A DNA stretch of 64,000 nucleotides from an uncultured Verrucomicrobiae bacterium (GTDB taxonomy: Bacteria > Verrucomicrobiota > Verrucomicrobiia > Chthoniobacterales > JAATET01). Below, piece by piece: positions 9,254 through 20,173 of this stretch; position 1 is the first letter of the stretch, and every line of letters begins with the position of its first letter. Position numbers and translations under genes: made by a program. The stretch spans positions 64,001-128,000 of the forward strand of contig CAVRCI010000004.1 of assembly GCA_963719495.1 (NCBI GenBank). The letters run 5' to 3'. The notes below the pieces were generated by a model that saw only the letters and a list, made by a program, of their open reading frames with translations, did not search any database and was not told the origin of the DNA.

Positions 9254-11012
9254 GGCTCTCATTTCAGACGATACGATTGAACGGGTGCGGGCGGCGAATG
9301 ATATCGTCGACCTGATCGGATCGTATCTTCAGCTCAAGCGGGCGGGGTCGAGTTGGAAGGGGCTGTGCCCGTTTCACAACGAGAAGTCGCCTTCGTTCCA
9401 CGTGACGCCGAGTAAGCAGATGTTTTACTGCTTCGGCTGCGGGGCGGGGGGGAGCGTTTTTCGGTTTGTTCAGGATTACGAGGGGATCGATTTTCCGGCG
9501 GCGGTGCGACGGTTGGCGGCGAAGTCGGGGATCGTGATCGAGGAGGAGACGGATGAGGATCGGGAGCGGCGGGGGGACCGGGATCGGTTGCTGGCGCTGC
9601 ACCGGGCGGCGGCGGAGTGGTATCATGCCAACCTCACGAGGCGGAAGAGCGGGGCGGTGGCTCGGGAGTATCTCAAGGGGCGGGGGATCGGGTCGGAGGT
9701 GGCGACTCGGTGGAAGCTGGGGTATGCGCCGGACGGGTGGGATGGATTGACGCGGTGGGCGGCGGGCGAGGGGTATGGCGAGGGGGAGATGCTGCGGGCG
9801 GGGTTGGTGGCGAAGCGGGACGGGGGCGGGGCCTACGATCGGTTTCGGAATCGGGTGATGTTTCCGATTTACAGTGATTACGGCGAGGTGATCGCGTTCA
9901 GCGGGCGGACGCTGGGGGACGATCCGGCGAAATACGTGAACTCGCCGGAGACGCCGATTTTTACGAAGGGACGCGTGTTGTTTGGGCTGCACCAGACGAA
10001 GCGGGCGATCCTGGACGCGGACGAGGCGGTGGTGTGCGAGGGGCAGGTGGATTGCATCGCGGCGTTCGAGGCCGGGGTGACGAACGTGATCGCGCCGCAG
10101 GGGACGGCATTTACCGAGCAGCAGGCTCGGTTGGTGCGGCAGTTTGCGGGGACGGCGGTGCTGTGTTTCGACTCGGATGGGGCGGGGCGGAAGGCGGTGG
10201 ACCGGTCGTTGCCGGCTTTGCTGGCGAAGGGGGTCGCGGTGCGGGTCGCGCGGATGCCGGCGGGGGAGGATCCGGATTCGTTGATTCGCAGGGACGGGGT
10301 GGAGGCGTTTCGGGAGCGGATCGGGGCGGCGCGGGATTACTTCGAGGAGGCGGTCGAATTGGGGCTGGCGGAGGATTCGTCGCCGCGGGGGCGGGCGGAG
10401 ATCGCGGGGCGGCTGGCGGTTTTTCTCAAGTCGATCGAGGATCTGGCGTTGCGCGAGGCGTTGGGGAACCGGATTCGAGCGAGGCTGGAGATCAGCGCCG
10501 AGGCGTTCTCGTCGATCCTGCGGTCGGCGCGGGTGGATGGGGGCGGGGCGAAGGTCGAGGAGGCGGCGCCGAACATCGAGGTGGTGGTGCTGTCGGAGTC
10601 GGCTCGGTTGCTTTGCCGGGTGGCGATCGCTTCGCCCGCGGCGCGGGCCTGGTTGCGGGATTGTCCGGCGCTGGCGGGGAGTCACGGGGAGCAGTATCGG
10701 CTGGTTGATCGGTTGGTCGACAGCGAGCTGGCGCTCGAGACGGCGGCGGGGTTGGCGGCGTTTGGCGGGACGCTCGACGGGCCGGAGGAGCGGGCGTTGA
10801 GCGGATTGAATCTGGATCATTTGCCGGCGGATCCGGTGCGGGCGGCGAAGGAGGCGTGGGCGGGGCTGGAGGCGCGGCGGCTGCGGGAGCGGATCGCGGC
10901 GTTGCAGGCGCGGATGCGGGCTCCGGGTCGGTCGATGGCGGAGGTCGCCGAGATCCACAAACAAGTTCTTGACCTCCAGAACGAGCTATCGCAGGTTACC
11001 CGGCCCTTTTGA
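9252..11012 (+). CDS. dnaG: DNA primase
   Basis: [42 protein letters not shown] and FDSD (Toprim). Confidence 0.97.
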   Translation: MALISDDTIERVRAANDIVDLIGSYLQLKRAGSSWKGLCPFHNEKSPSFHVTPSKQMFYCFGCGAGGSVFRFVQDYEGIDFPAAVRRLAAKSGIVIEEETDEDRERRGDRDRLLALHRAAAEWYHANLTRRKSGAVAREYLKGRGIGSEVATRWKLGYAPDGWDGLTRWAAGEGYGEGEMLRAGLVAKRDGGGAYDRFRNRVMFPIYSDYGEVIAFSGRTLGDDPAKYVNSPETPIFTKGRVLFGLHQTKRAILDADEAVVCEGQVDCIAAFEAGVTNVIAPQGTAFTEQQARLVRQFAGTAVLCFDSDGAGRKAVDRSLPALLAKGVAVRVARMPAGEDPDSLIRRDGVEAFRERIGAARDYFEEAVELGLAEDSSPRGRAEIAGRLAVFLKSIEDLALREALGNRIRARLEISAEAFSSILRSARVDGGGAKVEEAAPNIEVVVLSESARLLCRVAIASPAARAWLRDCPALAGSHGEQYRLVDRLVDSELALETAAGLAAFGGTLDGPEERALSGLNLDHLPADPVRAAKEAWAGLEARRLRERIAALQARMRAPGRSMAEVAEIHKQVLDLQNELSQVTRPF

Positions 11013-11037
11013 CCCTAGCCAAGCTGCCCAACTTTTT

Positions 11038-13137
11038 TTGAAAGCCAATTCCAAAGCCACCGGGAAAACGGCGTCCAAGGAGACGTCGACCGCTCGTCCG
11101 AAAGCCACCTCCGACAAGCCGACTGGAGCGGCGAAGGCGAAGAAGCCATCCCGGGCCGCATCCGGGGATGACAGCGCTTCGGCGGTCGCGGAATCTCCGG
11201 TCGAGAAGGCCGTGAAGGCGACCAAGCCCGCGAAAGCGAAGGCTCCGGTGAAAAAGGCGAAGTCCCCGGTGAAAAAGACGGAGGCCGCCACGAACGGCTC
11301 GGAACCCGCGAAGGCGAAAACCGCTCCGAAGGCGAAAACCGCCCCGAAGGCCAAGGCTGCGGCGAAGTCCGCGAAGAAGGAAGCCGCGCCGAAGGCGGTG
11401 TCCGAGGACGAGTCGAAGGCAGAAGCTCTCAAACAAATCGCCGACGCGGTCTCCGCGAGTGCTGGCTCGAACGGCGAAGGGGCCGCGAAGCCGAGTGGTG
11501 AGATCCAGAAGGCGATTCAGGACAAGGTCCGTGAGCTGATCAAATTGGCCAAGGAGCAGGGTTACGTCACTTTCGAGGACCTGGAGGAGGCTCTGCCGGA
11601 TGGCGTGACCGACCCGGATACGCTCGACAACATCATTTCCCAGCTCCGCGGCGTGGAGATCGACATCATCGATTCGTCGGACGTCGACAATCACGAGAGT
11701 CAGAAGGAGAAGAAGGACGACGACGACGAGAAGGACGAGAAGCCGGACACGAAACTCGACATCCTCGACGATCCGGTTCGCATGTATCTGCGTCAAATGG
11801 GCCAGGTGCCTCTGCTGACCCGGGAGCAGGAGGTCGAGATCTCCAAGCGAATCGAGGACGCCGAAGTGAAAGTGCAGGAAATTCTGTATCGCTTCGGGTT
11901 CGTGGCGCGTGGTCACCTCGACCTCGCCGAGAAGCTGATCGAAATGCGCGAGCGCTTCGACCGCGTGATTCAGGACAAGAAGATCGAGAGCCGCGAGCGT
12001 TACATGAAAGTGCTGCCGCGCCTGTGTCAGCAGGTTCGCAAGGCGAACGAGCGGATCACCGAGACGTATCGCGAGATCCTGTCCACCAAGGGCGGGAAGG
12101 GGACCGAGGAACAGCGCAAGGGATTCGACAAGAACGTGGCGTCCCTCGCGAAGCTTTACCCGAAATTCTTCTTCAAACAGAAGGTCATCGAAGACTTCGT
12201 GGTGGTGGCCGACGAGCAGCACCGGCTCTTCCGCAACCTCGGTCGTGAGATCGAGCGGGCGGCGAAATCGACCAAGGACGACAGCCACAAGGCGAAGCGC
12301 AATCTTTCGCAGCAGCTCACCGAAGTGGAGGTGCGCGTCTGGCAGAATCCGGACGAATACGAGGCCTCGCACGTCGAGCTCTCGACCTGGCACGGAAAGG
12401 CGCTCAAGGCGAAGACCGAGATGGTCGAAGCCAACCTGCGACTCGTGATTTCCATCGCGAAGAAATACACGAACCGCGGACTGTCGTTCCTCGATCTGAT
12501 TCAGGAAGGCAACATGGGCCTGATGAAGGCGGTCGAGAAATTCGAGTATCGGCGCGGGTATAAATTCTCCACCTACGCGACGTGGTGGATTCGCCAAGCG
12601 ATCACGCGTTCGATTGCGGATCAGGCCCGGACGATCCGGATCCCGGTCCACATGATCGAGACGATCAACAAGCTGATCCGCGTGCAGAAGCAGCTGGTGC
12701 AGGAATACGGACGTGAGCCGAATCCCGAGGAAGTTGCGGACGAGATCCAGCTTCCCGTCGAGCGCGTGCGGGCGGTGTTGAAAATGGCTCAGCAGCCGAT
12801 TTCGTTGCAGGCTCCGGTGGGTGATTCCGACGACACGAGCTTCGGTGATTTCATCGAGGACAAGGGCGCGGAGAACCCGGCGGATCAGGCTGCGATCGTG
12901 CTGCTCAAGGACAAGATCAAGGACGTGCTGGACTCGTTGACCGAGCGGGAGCGGCAGGTGCTCGAGCAGCGGTTTGGGCTGGTCGATGGCTACAGCCGGA
13001 CGCTTGAAGAGGTCGGGCGTCAGTTCAAGGTGACCCGCGAGCGGATTCGTCAGATCGAGGCGAAGGCGCTTCGCAAAATGCGTCACCCGACGCGCATTCG
13101 GCAGCTCGAGGGGTTCCTCGAGCCGCAGGATATGTAG
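11038..13137 (+). CDS. rpoD: RNA polymerase primary sigma factor with a Lys/Ala-rich N-terminal extension
   Basis: [34 protein letters not shown] and [12 protein letters not shown] start at 11038 is inferred; the ORF is open from 10969. Confidence 0.96.
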   Translation: MKANSKATGKTASKETSTARPKATSDKPTGAAKAKKPSRAASGDDSASAVAESPVEKAVKATKPAKAKAPVKKAKSPVKKTEAATNGSEPAKAKTAPKAKTAPKAKAAAKSAKKEAAPKAVSEDESKAEALKQIADAVSASAGSNGEGAAKPSGEIQKAIQDKVRELIKLAKEQGYVTFEDLEEALPDGVTDPDTLDNIISQLRGVEIDIIDSSDVDNHESQKEKKDDDDEKDEKPDTKLDILDDPVRMYLRQMGQVPLLTREQEVEISKRIEDAEVKVQEILYRFGFVARGHLDLAEKLIEMRERFDRVIQDKKIESRERYMKVLPRLCQQVRKANERITETYREILSTKGGKGTEEQRKGFDKNVASLAKLYPKFFFKQKVIEDFVVVADEQHRLFRNLGREIERAAKSTKDDSHKAKRNLSQQLTEVEVRVWQNPDEYEASHVELSTWHGKALKAKTEMVEANLRLVISIAKKYTNRGLSFLDLIQEGNMGLMKAVEKFEYRRGYKFSTYATWWIRQAITRSIADQARTIRIPVHMIETINKLIRVQKQLVQEYGREPNPEEVADEIQLPVERVRAVLKMAQQPISLQAPVGDSDDTSFGDFIEDKGAENPADQAAIVLLKDKIKDVLDSLTERERQVLEQRFGLVDGYSRTLEEVGRQFKVTRERIRQIEAKALRKMRHPTRIRQLEGFLEPQDM

Positions 13138-13332
13138 CTTGGCTCGGGTGCGGTGCGGTGTCTGCGGTCCGCGCCGGGCTGGGCTGTGCGCAATTTTTTG
13201 GTTGAATCGGCTTTGGGCCGATTTCGGGTTGGTGATCGGCTGGAAGCCGATGCCACGTTTTTGGCGATCGTGGCTTTGGTGGATGGCTGAGTTTTTTTTT
13301 GCAACCTTGTGGGTTTTTGCGGGTTTGTTCCC

Positions 13333-13650
13333 GTGATGGATGAGTTGGATGAATTGATGGGCCGGGCGCCGATGCGGGAGGCTTCGCCCTGGTTTGCGGA
13401 TCGCGTGGTGCGGTCGGTGGACGGGATCGGGCGGGACTCGGTGGTTGGGGGATGGTTTCGATGGGTCCTGCCTTTGGGAGTTGCCGGGTCGTTGGCGATT
13501 TTGGCTCTGATCGCGATTGGGTCGGACGATGCTCGCGAGACGCGGGTGGCGGTCGGCGGGGTGGTCGTGGAATTTGAAACGATCCGGGACTTGGATCTCA
13601 TCGTCGCGGCAGGCGAAACCAATTTATGGCTAGAAAATACCACACTTTAA
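13333..13650 (+). CDS. Small single-TM protein resembling an anti-sigma factor
   Basis: DEL..L.RAP..EASPWFADRVVR, then a TM helix and an acidic C-terminus. Confidence 0.6.
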   Translation: MMDELDELMGRAPMREASPWFADRVVRSVDGIGRDSVVGGWFRWVLPLGVAGSLAILALIAIGSDDARETRVAVGGVVVEFETIRDLDLIVAAGETNLWLENTTL

Positions 13651-14348
13651 TCGTCGCTCTGGCGGCGCTTGTTTTCATTTCGGCTTCGAAGTCGGCTCCG
13701 CCGGAGCCGCCGCCTGAACTGGAGCAGCGGACGCCGGCTCCGGAGCGGGATGCGAAGAAGGACCGGGAGCGCGGTTCGAAGGAGGGTGACCGGCCGATGC
13801 GGTCGAAGGATGGCAAGGGCGACAAGTCGGGCAAAAACAAAAAGGACGGAAAGGGTGAGAAGTCGGAGGGTGATCGCGATGACCGGCGACGGGGTCGTGA
13901 AATGGCTCGGCCGGGTGGTCCGGGCGGTGATGGGCGCAGGGGTGACGACCGCACGGATGGCGGGGTGCCGAAGGAGTTTCGGGAGCGGTTCGAGAAATTG
14001 CCGCCCGAGGCCAAGCGTCGGTTTCTCGCGAATTGGTCGCAGTGGCGCGAGATGGAGCCCCGGGAGCGCCGAGAGGCGATGCAACGGGCTTTTTCGGAGC
14101 GGAAGCGGGTCGACAACGTGATCGACGAGGCGCTGACGAAGCTTGGATTGGACCTGACCCCGGATGAGCGGGAGGTCTTCGAGCTGCGCTACCGGCAGGA
14201 ACGGCGGAAGGTCGAGGAGGGGCTGCGGGATGAGGTGGCTGCGATGCGCAAGACGCGGGTGGACGCGATGATGGAGACGCTGAGGGCGGAGTTTGGTGGG
14301 CGGGCTGAGGTTGTCGCTGAGCCGGACGCGTCGCCTGGGGCGAGGTGA
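13626..14348 (+). CDS. Secreted highly charged helical protein (DUF3106-like)
   Basis: Signal peptide, then ERFEKLPPEAKRR..NWSQWREMEPRER repeats. Confidence 0.65.
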   Translation: MARKYHTLIVALAALVFISASKSAPPEPPPELEQRTPAPERDAKKDRERGSKEGDRPMRSKDGKGDKSGKNKKDGKGEKSEGDRDDRRRGREMARPGGPGGDGRRGDDRTDGGVPKEFRERFEKLPPEAKRRFLANWSQWREMEPRERREAMQRAFSERKRVDNVIDEALTKLGLDLTPDEREVFELRYRQERRKVEEGLRDEVAAMRKTRVDAMMETLRAEFGGRAEVVAEPDASPGAR

Positions 14349-14382
14349 AAGATTTGATCGCCTGCGGCGATTGGGGTTGGGT

Positions 14383-14494
14383 CGGCGATTGCAAATCGCC
14401 GCTCCTTGAAGGTCGGCTTTCTCGCTTCGCTCGATTTACCAACTCCGGCGCGGCGGGACGCCGCCGCTCGCACGCGGGGACGCGTGCGGTCCCC
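14383..14494 (+). repeat. REP-like repeat, family A (copy 2)
   Basis: CGGCGATTGCAAATCGCCGCTCCTTGAA...GCGGCGGGACGCCGCCGCTCGCACGCGGGGACGCGTGCGGTCCCC. Confidence 0.9.
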
Positions 14495-14498
14495 GCTT

Positions 14499-15152
14499 TT
14501 AGTCGGTTACGGTGACCTGGGTGCCTAGTTTGACTCTTTCGTAGAAGAGTTTGGCGATGTCCTGGGGCATGCGGATGCAGCCGTGCGAGGCGGGGTAGCC
14601 GGGGAGTTCGCCGACGTGCATGCCGACTCCCTGCCAGGTCATTCGCATGAACCATTGCATGGGGGCTCCGCGGTAGGTGGTGCCGCTGGGCGCGGAGTCG
14701 ATGCGGGTGCTGACGCCGGAGCGGACAACCTCGCCGCGGCTATTGACGAAGCTGCCGTAGATGTTGGACCGGTGGTCGGCGTCCTTCTCGAGGATCGTGA
14801 AGGAGCCTTTGGGGGTCATGCCCGCGCTTTTCCCGGAGGAGATGGGAGTGTCGATGGCGATCTCGTCACCGACCATGAGGTAGGCGCGCTGTTTGCCGAG
14901 GGAGACGACGACCTGGGTGTTGCCCGGGTTGGCGAGTTCGAGAACGCGGGGAACCGTCTTCGGCTGGCCGGGTTTCGAGATGAGCTCGGAGGCGGGTTTT
15001 TGCTTCTTTGGGCGTGAGTCCCGCGGGTCCATGTCGGGGACGGAGGCGAAGCGCGGGCGGGGTTTCGAAAACGAATCGGGAGCGGTGAGCAGGAAAGCGG
15101 TGGCGAGCAACGTGGCGGCTCGGAGGGTGCATCTCATTGGGAAAATTCGCAT
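14499..15152 (-). CDS. L,D-transpeptidase (YkuD family)
   Basis: PISSGK..TPKGSF and GVGMHVGELPGYPASHGCIRM. Signal peptide present. Confidence 0.93.
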   Translation of the reverse strand: MRIFPMRCTLRAATLLATAFLLTAPDSFSKPRPRFASVPDMDPRDSRPKKQKPASELISKPGQPKTVPRVLELANPGNTQVVVSLGKQRAYLMVGDEIAIDTPISSGKSAGMTPKGSFTILEKDADHRSNIYGSFVNSRGEVVRSGVSTRIDSAPSGTTYRGAPMQWFMRMTWQGVGMHVGELPGYPASHGCIRMPQDIAKLFYERVKLGTQVTVTD

Positions 15153-15249
15153 CGCGCTTGAGTCGAAGGCTTCGGGAGTCAAGACTCTGCGATACTTCTT
15201 GAAGACCGATTTATCAACGACTTTCCCGGCGGGTGGCTGGCGGCGGTGG

Positions 15250-17031
15250 GTGCGCTGGCCCGCTTTGGGCCTGGTCTGGACCCTCTCGTTCGGGCTCGAA
15301 TTCGCGCGTGGGGACATCGATCTGCCGGCTCCGCCGCCGCCGCAGCCGAAGGCTCAGACGGTGACGGTTTTCGTCGGGGAATCGGTGGACGTTCCGCTGG
15401 CCGGGGTGAGCCGGACGGGGATGCAGGTGAAGTTTCTGATTCGCAGCAAGCCCGAGCTGGGGACGTTGACGAAGCTGCGGGACGAGGATCGGAGCAATGC
15501 CCTGGTGACCTACACGAGCGACGCGGCGCGGGGCGCGGGGGTGGATTCGTTTCGCTACGCGGTGCAGGTGGCGAATTCCGGGGTGTCGGCTTCGGCGGAG
15601 GTAAGGGTGGTGGTGCGCGAGCGGCCGCCGGTCTTCGAGGCTCCGGCGCGGCTGCAATTTGAAAACGTCGAATTGGGGGGCAGCGCGGTGGAGATCCTGG
15701 AATTCAGGAATGCCGGTGGGGGCGTGGTGGCGGGACGGGTCGAGCTGCCGGCGCCGTGGACGTTTCCGACCGGGAACGGAACCTATTCGTTGGGGCCGGA
15801 CGAGACGGCGCGTTTCGCCGTGAGATTCGCGCCGGAGATGGCGCGCAATTACGAAGGCACCGCGACCTTCAGTCACGACGCCCGGCGGCGGCTCGGGTTG
15901 AGCGGACGGGCGTTTGCGCCGATCGAGACGGCTCCATTGCGAATCGAACTCCGCCCGGTCGACGAGTCGGAGGTGCGATCGGGGTCGTTCACGATTCGCA
16001 ACGTGACGGATACGGCCCGGGTCCTGACGCTCGTGGCACCGCCCCAGGTCGTGGTGCAGGAGACGCTCGAAGTCGGACCGGGGGCGGAGAGCGAGGTGGC
16101 GTTGCACACGGAAGCAGGCTTCCTGGAAGCGCTGGATGGCAACGTCACGATCACGGGTAATTCGGTCGATCTGGTGGTCCCGCTGACCGTCAGTCCCGCT
16201 CCGGCGCGGCTGGTGGCGCGACCGGCGGGGGCGTTCGATCTGGGTAAACCGAAGGCGGGCGAGACGGTGCGGCGGACCGTGACGATCCGGAACGTGGGTG
16301 GGACGGCGGCGAAGCTCACGGCGGAGGTGCCTGGGGCGGTGCGGGTGTCGCCCGAGCCGACTCTGGAGCCCCTGGGTGCGGGGGCGGCGCGGGAGTTCGA
16401 GTTGAGCTTCGTGCGGACGTTGCCGGGTGCGGTGGCCGAGGAGGTGGTCTTCCGCGGCGGGGCGCAGCCGGTGAGGATCGCGCTGACGGGTGAGGTGGTG
16501 TCGACGCTGTCGACGGGTGGGACGGGGGCTGCGCCGGTCGGCCCGCTCGCGTTCGGCGGGATCAAGTTCAACGCGATTCCGCCGGTCGAGGAGATCGGCG
16601 TGACGCGGCTCACGCAAAACGAAATCGATCTGGCCTGGGACCTTCCGGTCGGGGGCGCGAAGGCGTTCGATTTGTATCAGCGGAAAATTTCCTTCGGCGA
16701 CGACGGCAAGGCGAAGAGCGGTTGGCAGCCGGTGCGGAATACGACGGTCGAGGTCGGTGAGAAGCAGGCGCGGGCGTTCCTGAAGGATCTTCGGGCGGGG
16801 GAGCAGGTGACGCTGTCGATCGTGGCGCTCGACGCGGATGGCAACGAATCGCAGCCATCGCCGCCCTTCCAGCTGGCGACGAAACCTCCGACGATCATCC
16901 GGGTGCCGTGGACGTTGGTGGTCATCGTGGCGCTGGGCGGGTGCGTCTGGGTCGTGGTGCGGGAGCGGCGGCGGTCGCGCGAGGAACGGGATCTGGACGA
17001 CCTCGAGGTGGAGCGGCGGATGCGGTTGTGA
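15250..17031 (+). CDS. Membrane-anchored multi-Ig-domain (cadherin-like/PapD-like/FN3) surface protein
   Basis: Signal peptide, GVDSFRYAV, repeated RNxGG beta-sandwich motifs, FN3-like ALDADGNES, and a C-terminal TM helix followed by Arg-rich tail. Confidence 0.75.
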   Translation: MRWPALGLVWTLSFGLEFARGDIDLPAPPPPQPKAQTVTVFVGESVDVPLAGVSRTGMQVKFLIRSKPELGTLTKLRDEDRSNALVTYTSDAARGAGVDSFRYAVQVANSGVSASAEVRVVVRERPPVFEAPARLQFENVELGGSAVEILEFRNAGGGVVAGRVELPAPWTFPTGNGTYSLGPDETARFAVRFAPEMARNYEGTATFSHDARRRLGLSGRAFAPIETAPLRIELRPVDESEVRSGSFTIRNVTDTARVLTLVAPPQVVVQETLEVGPGAESEVALHTEAGFLEALDGNVTITGNSVDLVVPLTVSPAPARLVARPAGAFDLGKPKAGETVRRTVTIRNVGGTAAKLTAEVPGAVRVSPEPTLEPLGAGAAREFELSFVRTLPGAVAEEVVFRGGAQPVRIALTGEVVSTLSTGGTGAAPVGPLAFGGIKFNAIPPVEEIGVTRLTQNEIDLAWDLPVGGAKAFDLYQRKISFGDDGKAKSGWQPVRNTTVEVGEKQARAFLKDLRAGEQVTLSIVALDADGNESQPSPPFQLATKPPTIIRVPWTLVVIVALGGCVWVVVRERRRSREERDLDDLEVERRMRL

Positions 17032-18755
17032 TCGAGGCGGCGGCGAAATTGATCGAGACGCTGGAGCGGATCGACGGGCGGCCTTACCCGGCCTACAAGG
17101 ATCTGCGCGGGCGGACGTTTCGGCTGGGGGATGGTTTCGAGTGGGAACTGCGATTCGATCGGATTCAGGGCGATCCCTTCGCGGCACCGTCGCACGTGGC
17201 GGTGAGGGTGCGGCGGGAGGTGGCGGGTTTCCCGGGTGAATTCGTGGGGAACGTGGCGCGGCGGATCGGGGTGGAGAATCTGGTCGCGCGTCGGTTGGCG
17301 AAGATCTGTCGCGGGGCGGCGGGGCGGAGTGGTTCGGGGAAGTCGGGGTTGGTCGAGATCGACGCGCCGGGTCAGGAGGTGATGGCTCGGACAGCGGTGC
17401 GGTTGGCGGAGGATGGGTTTTGGGAGGCGCGCCTCGTGGTGGGTCTGCCGGGCGAGGGGCGGCGGATCGCGGGTCGGGCGGCGGAGGATTTGTTGGTCCG
17501 GCGGTTGGCGCGGGTCGCGGAGGACGGGTTGGCATTTTCGAGTTTCGACGCGGATGACGTCCGGCGGGCGGCGGAGGTGAATGAGGACGCGGAGGCTCTG
17601 CGGGCCGGGTTGGTCGAGCGGGGATTGGTGGCTTTCGTGGCGGACGGGGCGGTGCTGCCGCGGGCGGGGGGTGACGTTCAGAAGCCTTTGGTGGGCGGTG
17701 ACGCGGTGGCTTTCGCGAGTCCGGCGAGTTTGCGGGTCGAGTTGGCGACGCCGAACTCGGGGATGGTCGCCGGGATGGGAGTGTCGGAAGGGGTGACTCT
17801 CGTGGTGGGTGGCGGGTTTCACGGGAAGTCGACGCTGCTGGAGGCGTTGGCCCGGGGAGTGTGGAATCATTGCCCGGAGGACGGGCGGGAGCAGGTGGTC
17901 GCGCGGGCGGATGCGATGAGCATCGAGGCGGAGTCGGGGCGGAGCGTGGCGGGGGTGGACATTTCGCCCTTCATCGACGATTTGCCGAATGGGAGTGATA
18001 CGCGGCGGTTTTCGACGCCGAATGCTTCGGGTTCGACGTCGCAGGCGGCGGGGACGGTGGAGGCGCTGGAGGCGGGGTCGCGGTTGTTGTTGATCGACGA
18101 GGATACGGCGGCGACGAATTTCATGGTGCGGGACCGGCGGATGCAGGCGCTCATCGCGCGGGAGCGGGAGCCGATCACGCCATTCGTCGACCGGGTGCGG
18201 GAGATGTGGGAGGCGCGGGGGGTGTCGACGGTGATGGTGCTCGGGGGGTGCGGGGATTACTTCGACGTGGCGGATTCGGTGATCGCGATGGACGCGTATC
18301 GGCCGTTCGATCGGACGGGGGAAGCGCGGGAGATCGCGGAGCGGCTGCCGACCGGGCGGGTGACGGAGGCGCGGGCGTGGCCCGTGGATCGACTGCGGAG
18401 GGTGGTGGATCCGGGGTCGCTCGACGTGTCGCGGGGACGGCGCGAGGTGCACAGCCGGGCGCGGCGGACGGATTCGATCGAAATCGGGCGGTCGGAGGTG
18501 GATTTGTCGGGGCTGCACCAGATCGTGCATCCGGCGCAGACGCGGGCGCTGGCGGCGGCGTTGGCCTGGGCGATCTCGTCGGGGGTGGTGGATGGGCGGC
18601 GGTCGGTCGGGGAGTTGGTGGAGGTCGTGGTGGCGAGGATGAGGGATGGCGGGATGGATGGGTTCGGGGACGGGGCGCGCGGGGATTTGGCGGAATTTCG
18701 GGGGTTGGATTTGGCGGCGGCGTTGAACCGAATGCGGTCGTTGAAAATGCGGTGA
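17028..18755 (+). CDS. ABC-ATPase-domain protein (soluble, predicted ATPase of the ABC class)
   Basis: IQGDPFAAPS, GSGKSG, VGGGFHGKSTLL, ASGSTSQAA and IDEDTAATNFMVRD. Confidence 0.9.
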   Translation: MIEAAAKLIETLERIDGRPYPAYKDLRGRTFRLGDGFEWELRFDRIQGDPFAAPSHVAVRVRREVAGFPGEFVGNVARRIGVENLVARRLAKICRGAAGRSGSGKSGLVEIDAPGQEVMARTAVRLAEDGFWEARLVVGLPGEGRRIAGRAAEDLLVRRLARVAEDGLAFSSFDADDVRRAAEVNEDAEALRAGLVERGLVAFVADGAVLPRAGGDVQKPLVGGDAVAFASPASLRVELATPNSGMVAGMGVSEGVTLVVGGGFHGKSTLLEALARGVWNHCPEDGREQVVARADAMSIEAESGRSVAGVDISPFIDDLPNGSDTRRFSTPNASGSTSQAAGTVEALEAGSRLLLIDEDTAATNFMVRDRRMQALIAREREPITPFVDRVREMWEARGVSTVMVLGGCGDYFDVADSVIAMDAYRPFDRTGEAREIAERLPTGRVTEARAWPVDRLRRVVDPGSLDVSRGRREVHSRARRTDSIEIGRSEVDLSGLHQIVHPAQTRALAAALAWAISSGVVDGRRSVGELVEVVVARMRDGGMDGFGDGARGDLAEFRGLDLAAALNRMRSLKMR

Positions 18756-18824
18756 GAATACGAATGCGGTTTTTGAACAAAAGGTAGCAAAGGTAGCGAA
18801 GGATACAGGAAGGGGAATGCGACC

Positions 18825-18899
18825 GGCTCCCGCTTCGCGGATTGCCGGGTTGCCGCGGCGGGACGCCGCGGCTCGCACGCGGGGACGCGTGCGGTCCCC
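18825..18899 (+). repeat. REP-like repeat, family A (copy 3), preceded by a family C half-site
   Basis: GCCGCGGCGGGACGCCGCGGCTCGCACGCGGGGACGCGTGCGGTCCCC. Confidence 0.9.
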
Positions 18900-18968
18900 C
18901 CCCTTGCTTCTTGCTAGTTGGGGGTGGGGTGGGCAGGGTCGGGGACGAACTTTCAACCTTCTCTTATT

Positions 18969-19985
18969 ATGCAATTTGGAATGATCGGTCTTGGGCGCAT
19001 GGGCGCGAATATGGTGCGGCGGACGCTGCGGGATGGGCACTCGTGCGTGGTGTTCGACACGAACGCGGAGACGGTGCAGGAACTCGTCGCCGAGGGGGCG
19101 ATTGGGGCGGATTCGATGGAGGATTTTGTCAGTAAGCTGGACGCTCCCCGGAATTGCTGGGTGATGATCCCGGCGGCGATCACGGACAAGATCGTCGATC
19201 ATCTGGCGGAACTGCTGGATGCGAACGACACGATCATCGATGGGGGGAATTCGTATTTTCGCGATGACCGGAGGCGGGCGGAATTTCTGAAGCCGAAGGG
19301 GATTCATTACCTGGATGTCGGGACGAGCGGCGGCGTCTGGGGATTGGAGCGGGGTTATTGCATGATGATCGGTGGGGAGGCGGAGCCGGTGGAACGGATG
19401 GATCCGATCTTCCGGACTCTGGCACCCGGGAAAGGCGACGTGCCGGCGACACCGGGGCGGGACAAGCTGGGTGGGACGGCGGATCGCGGTTATCTGCATT
19501 GCGGCCACTCGGGGGCCGGGCACTTCGTGAAGATGGTGCACAATGGGATCGAGTACGGGCTGATGGCGGCGTTTGGCGAGGGGTTCGACATTCTGGCGAA
19601 CGCGAACATCGATCTGAAGGAACACGCGAAGGACGCGGAGACGGCGCCGCGGATGAACAAGGATCTGGACTACGAATTCAATCTGGCGGACGTCTCGGAA
19701 GTCTGGAGGCGGGGCTCGGTGATCGGGTCGTGGCTGCTGGATCTGGCGGCGATCTCGTTCGCGGAGGATCCGAAGTTGGATCATTACTCGGGTCGGGTGT
19801 CGGATTCCGGCGAGGGTCGGTGGACGATCATGGCCGCGATCGAGGAGGCGGTGGATTGCGACGTGCTGACGTCGGCGCTCTACAATCGGTTCCGGTCGCG
19901 GAAGGAGCACACGATGGCGGAGAAGGTCTGCTCGGCGATGCGTTATCAGTTTGGCGGGCATCTGGAAAAGGCTGCCGGGGGGTGA
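18969..19985 (+). CDS. gnd: 6-phosphogluconate dehydrogenase (decarboxylating, short YqeC type)
   Basis: [37 protein letters not shown] and FGGH. Confidence 0.95.
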   Translation: MQFGMIGLGRMGANMVRRTLRDGHSCVVFDTNAETVQELVAEGAIGADSMEDFVSKLDAPRNCWVMIPAAITDKIVDHLAELLDANDTIIDGGNSYFRDDRRRAEFLKPKGIHYLDVGTSGGVWGLERGYCMMIGGEAEPVERMDPIFRTLAPGKGDVPATPGRDKLGGTADRGYLHCGHSGAGHFVKMVHNGIEYGLMAAFGEGFDILANANIDLKEHAKDAETAPRMNKDLDYEFNLADVSEVWRRGSVIGSWLLDLAAISFAEDPKLDHYSGRVSDSGEGRWTIMAAIEEAVDCDVLTSALYNRFRSRKEHTMAEKVCSAMRYQFGGHLEKAAGG

Positions 19986-20129
19986 ATACATTTCGAACAG
20001 AAGGACGCAAAGGTCGCGAAGGGGTGAAAGAAGGGTCTCGGCTGTTCCGCTTCGCGGAAGTCGCCGAATCTGTATTCCTTTCCTTCCTGTATTCTTTGCG
20101 CTCTTTGCGGCCTTCTGTTCAAAATGTAT
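19986..20129. repeat. Inverted repeat, family C (complete intergenic copy)
   Basis: ATACATTTCGAACAGAAGGACGCAAAG...CTTTGCGGCCTTCTGTTCAAAATGTAT. Confidence 0.85.
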
Positions 20130-20173
20130 CTACCGGATGACACGTGGGGTGAAATGACGTAGCGTCCTCGTCG

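Noticed and set aside
16677..19991. Very long antisense ORFs (1104 aa here; also 5059..7101, 10996..13086, 50890..53250 and others)
   Set aside because: Shadow frames of genuine genes in high-GC DNA, with Arg/Pro-rich or otherwise biased composition and no recognisable motifs.
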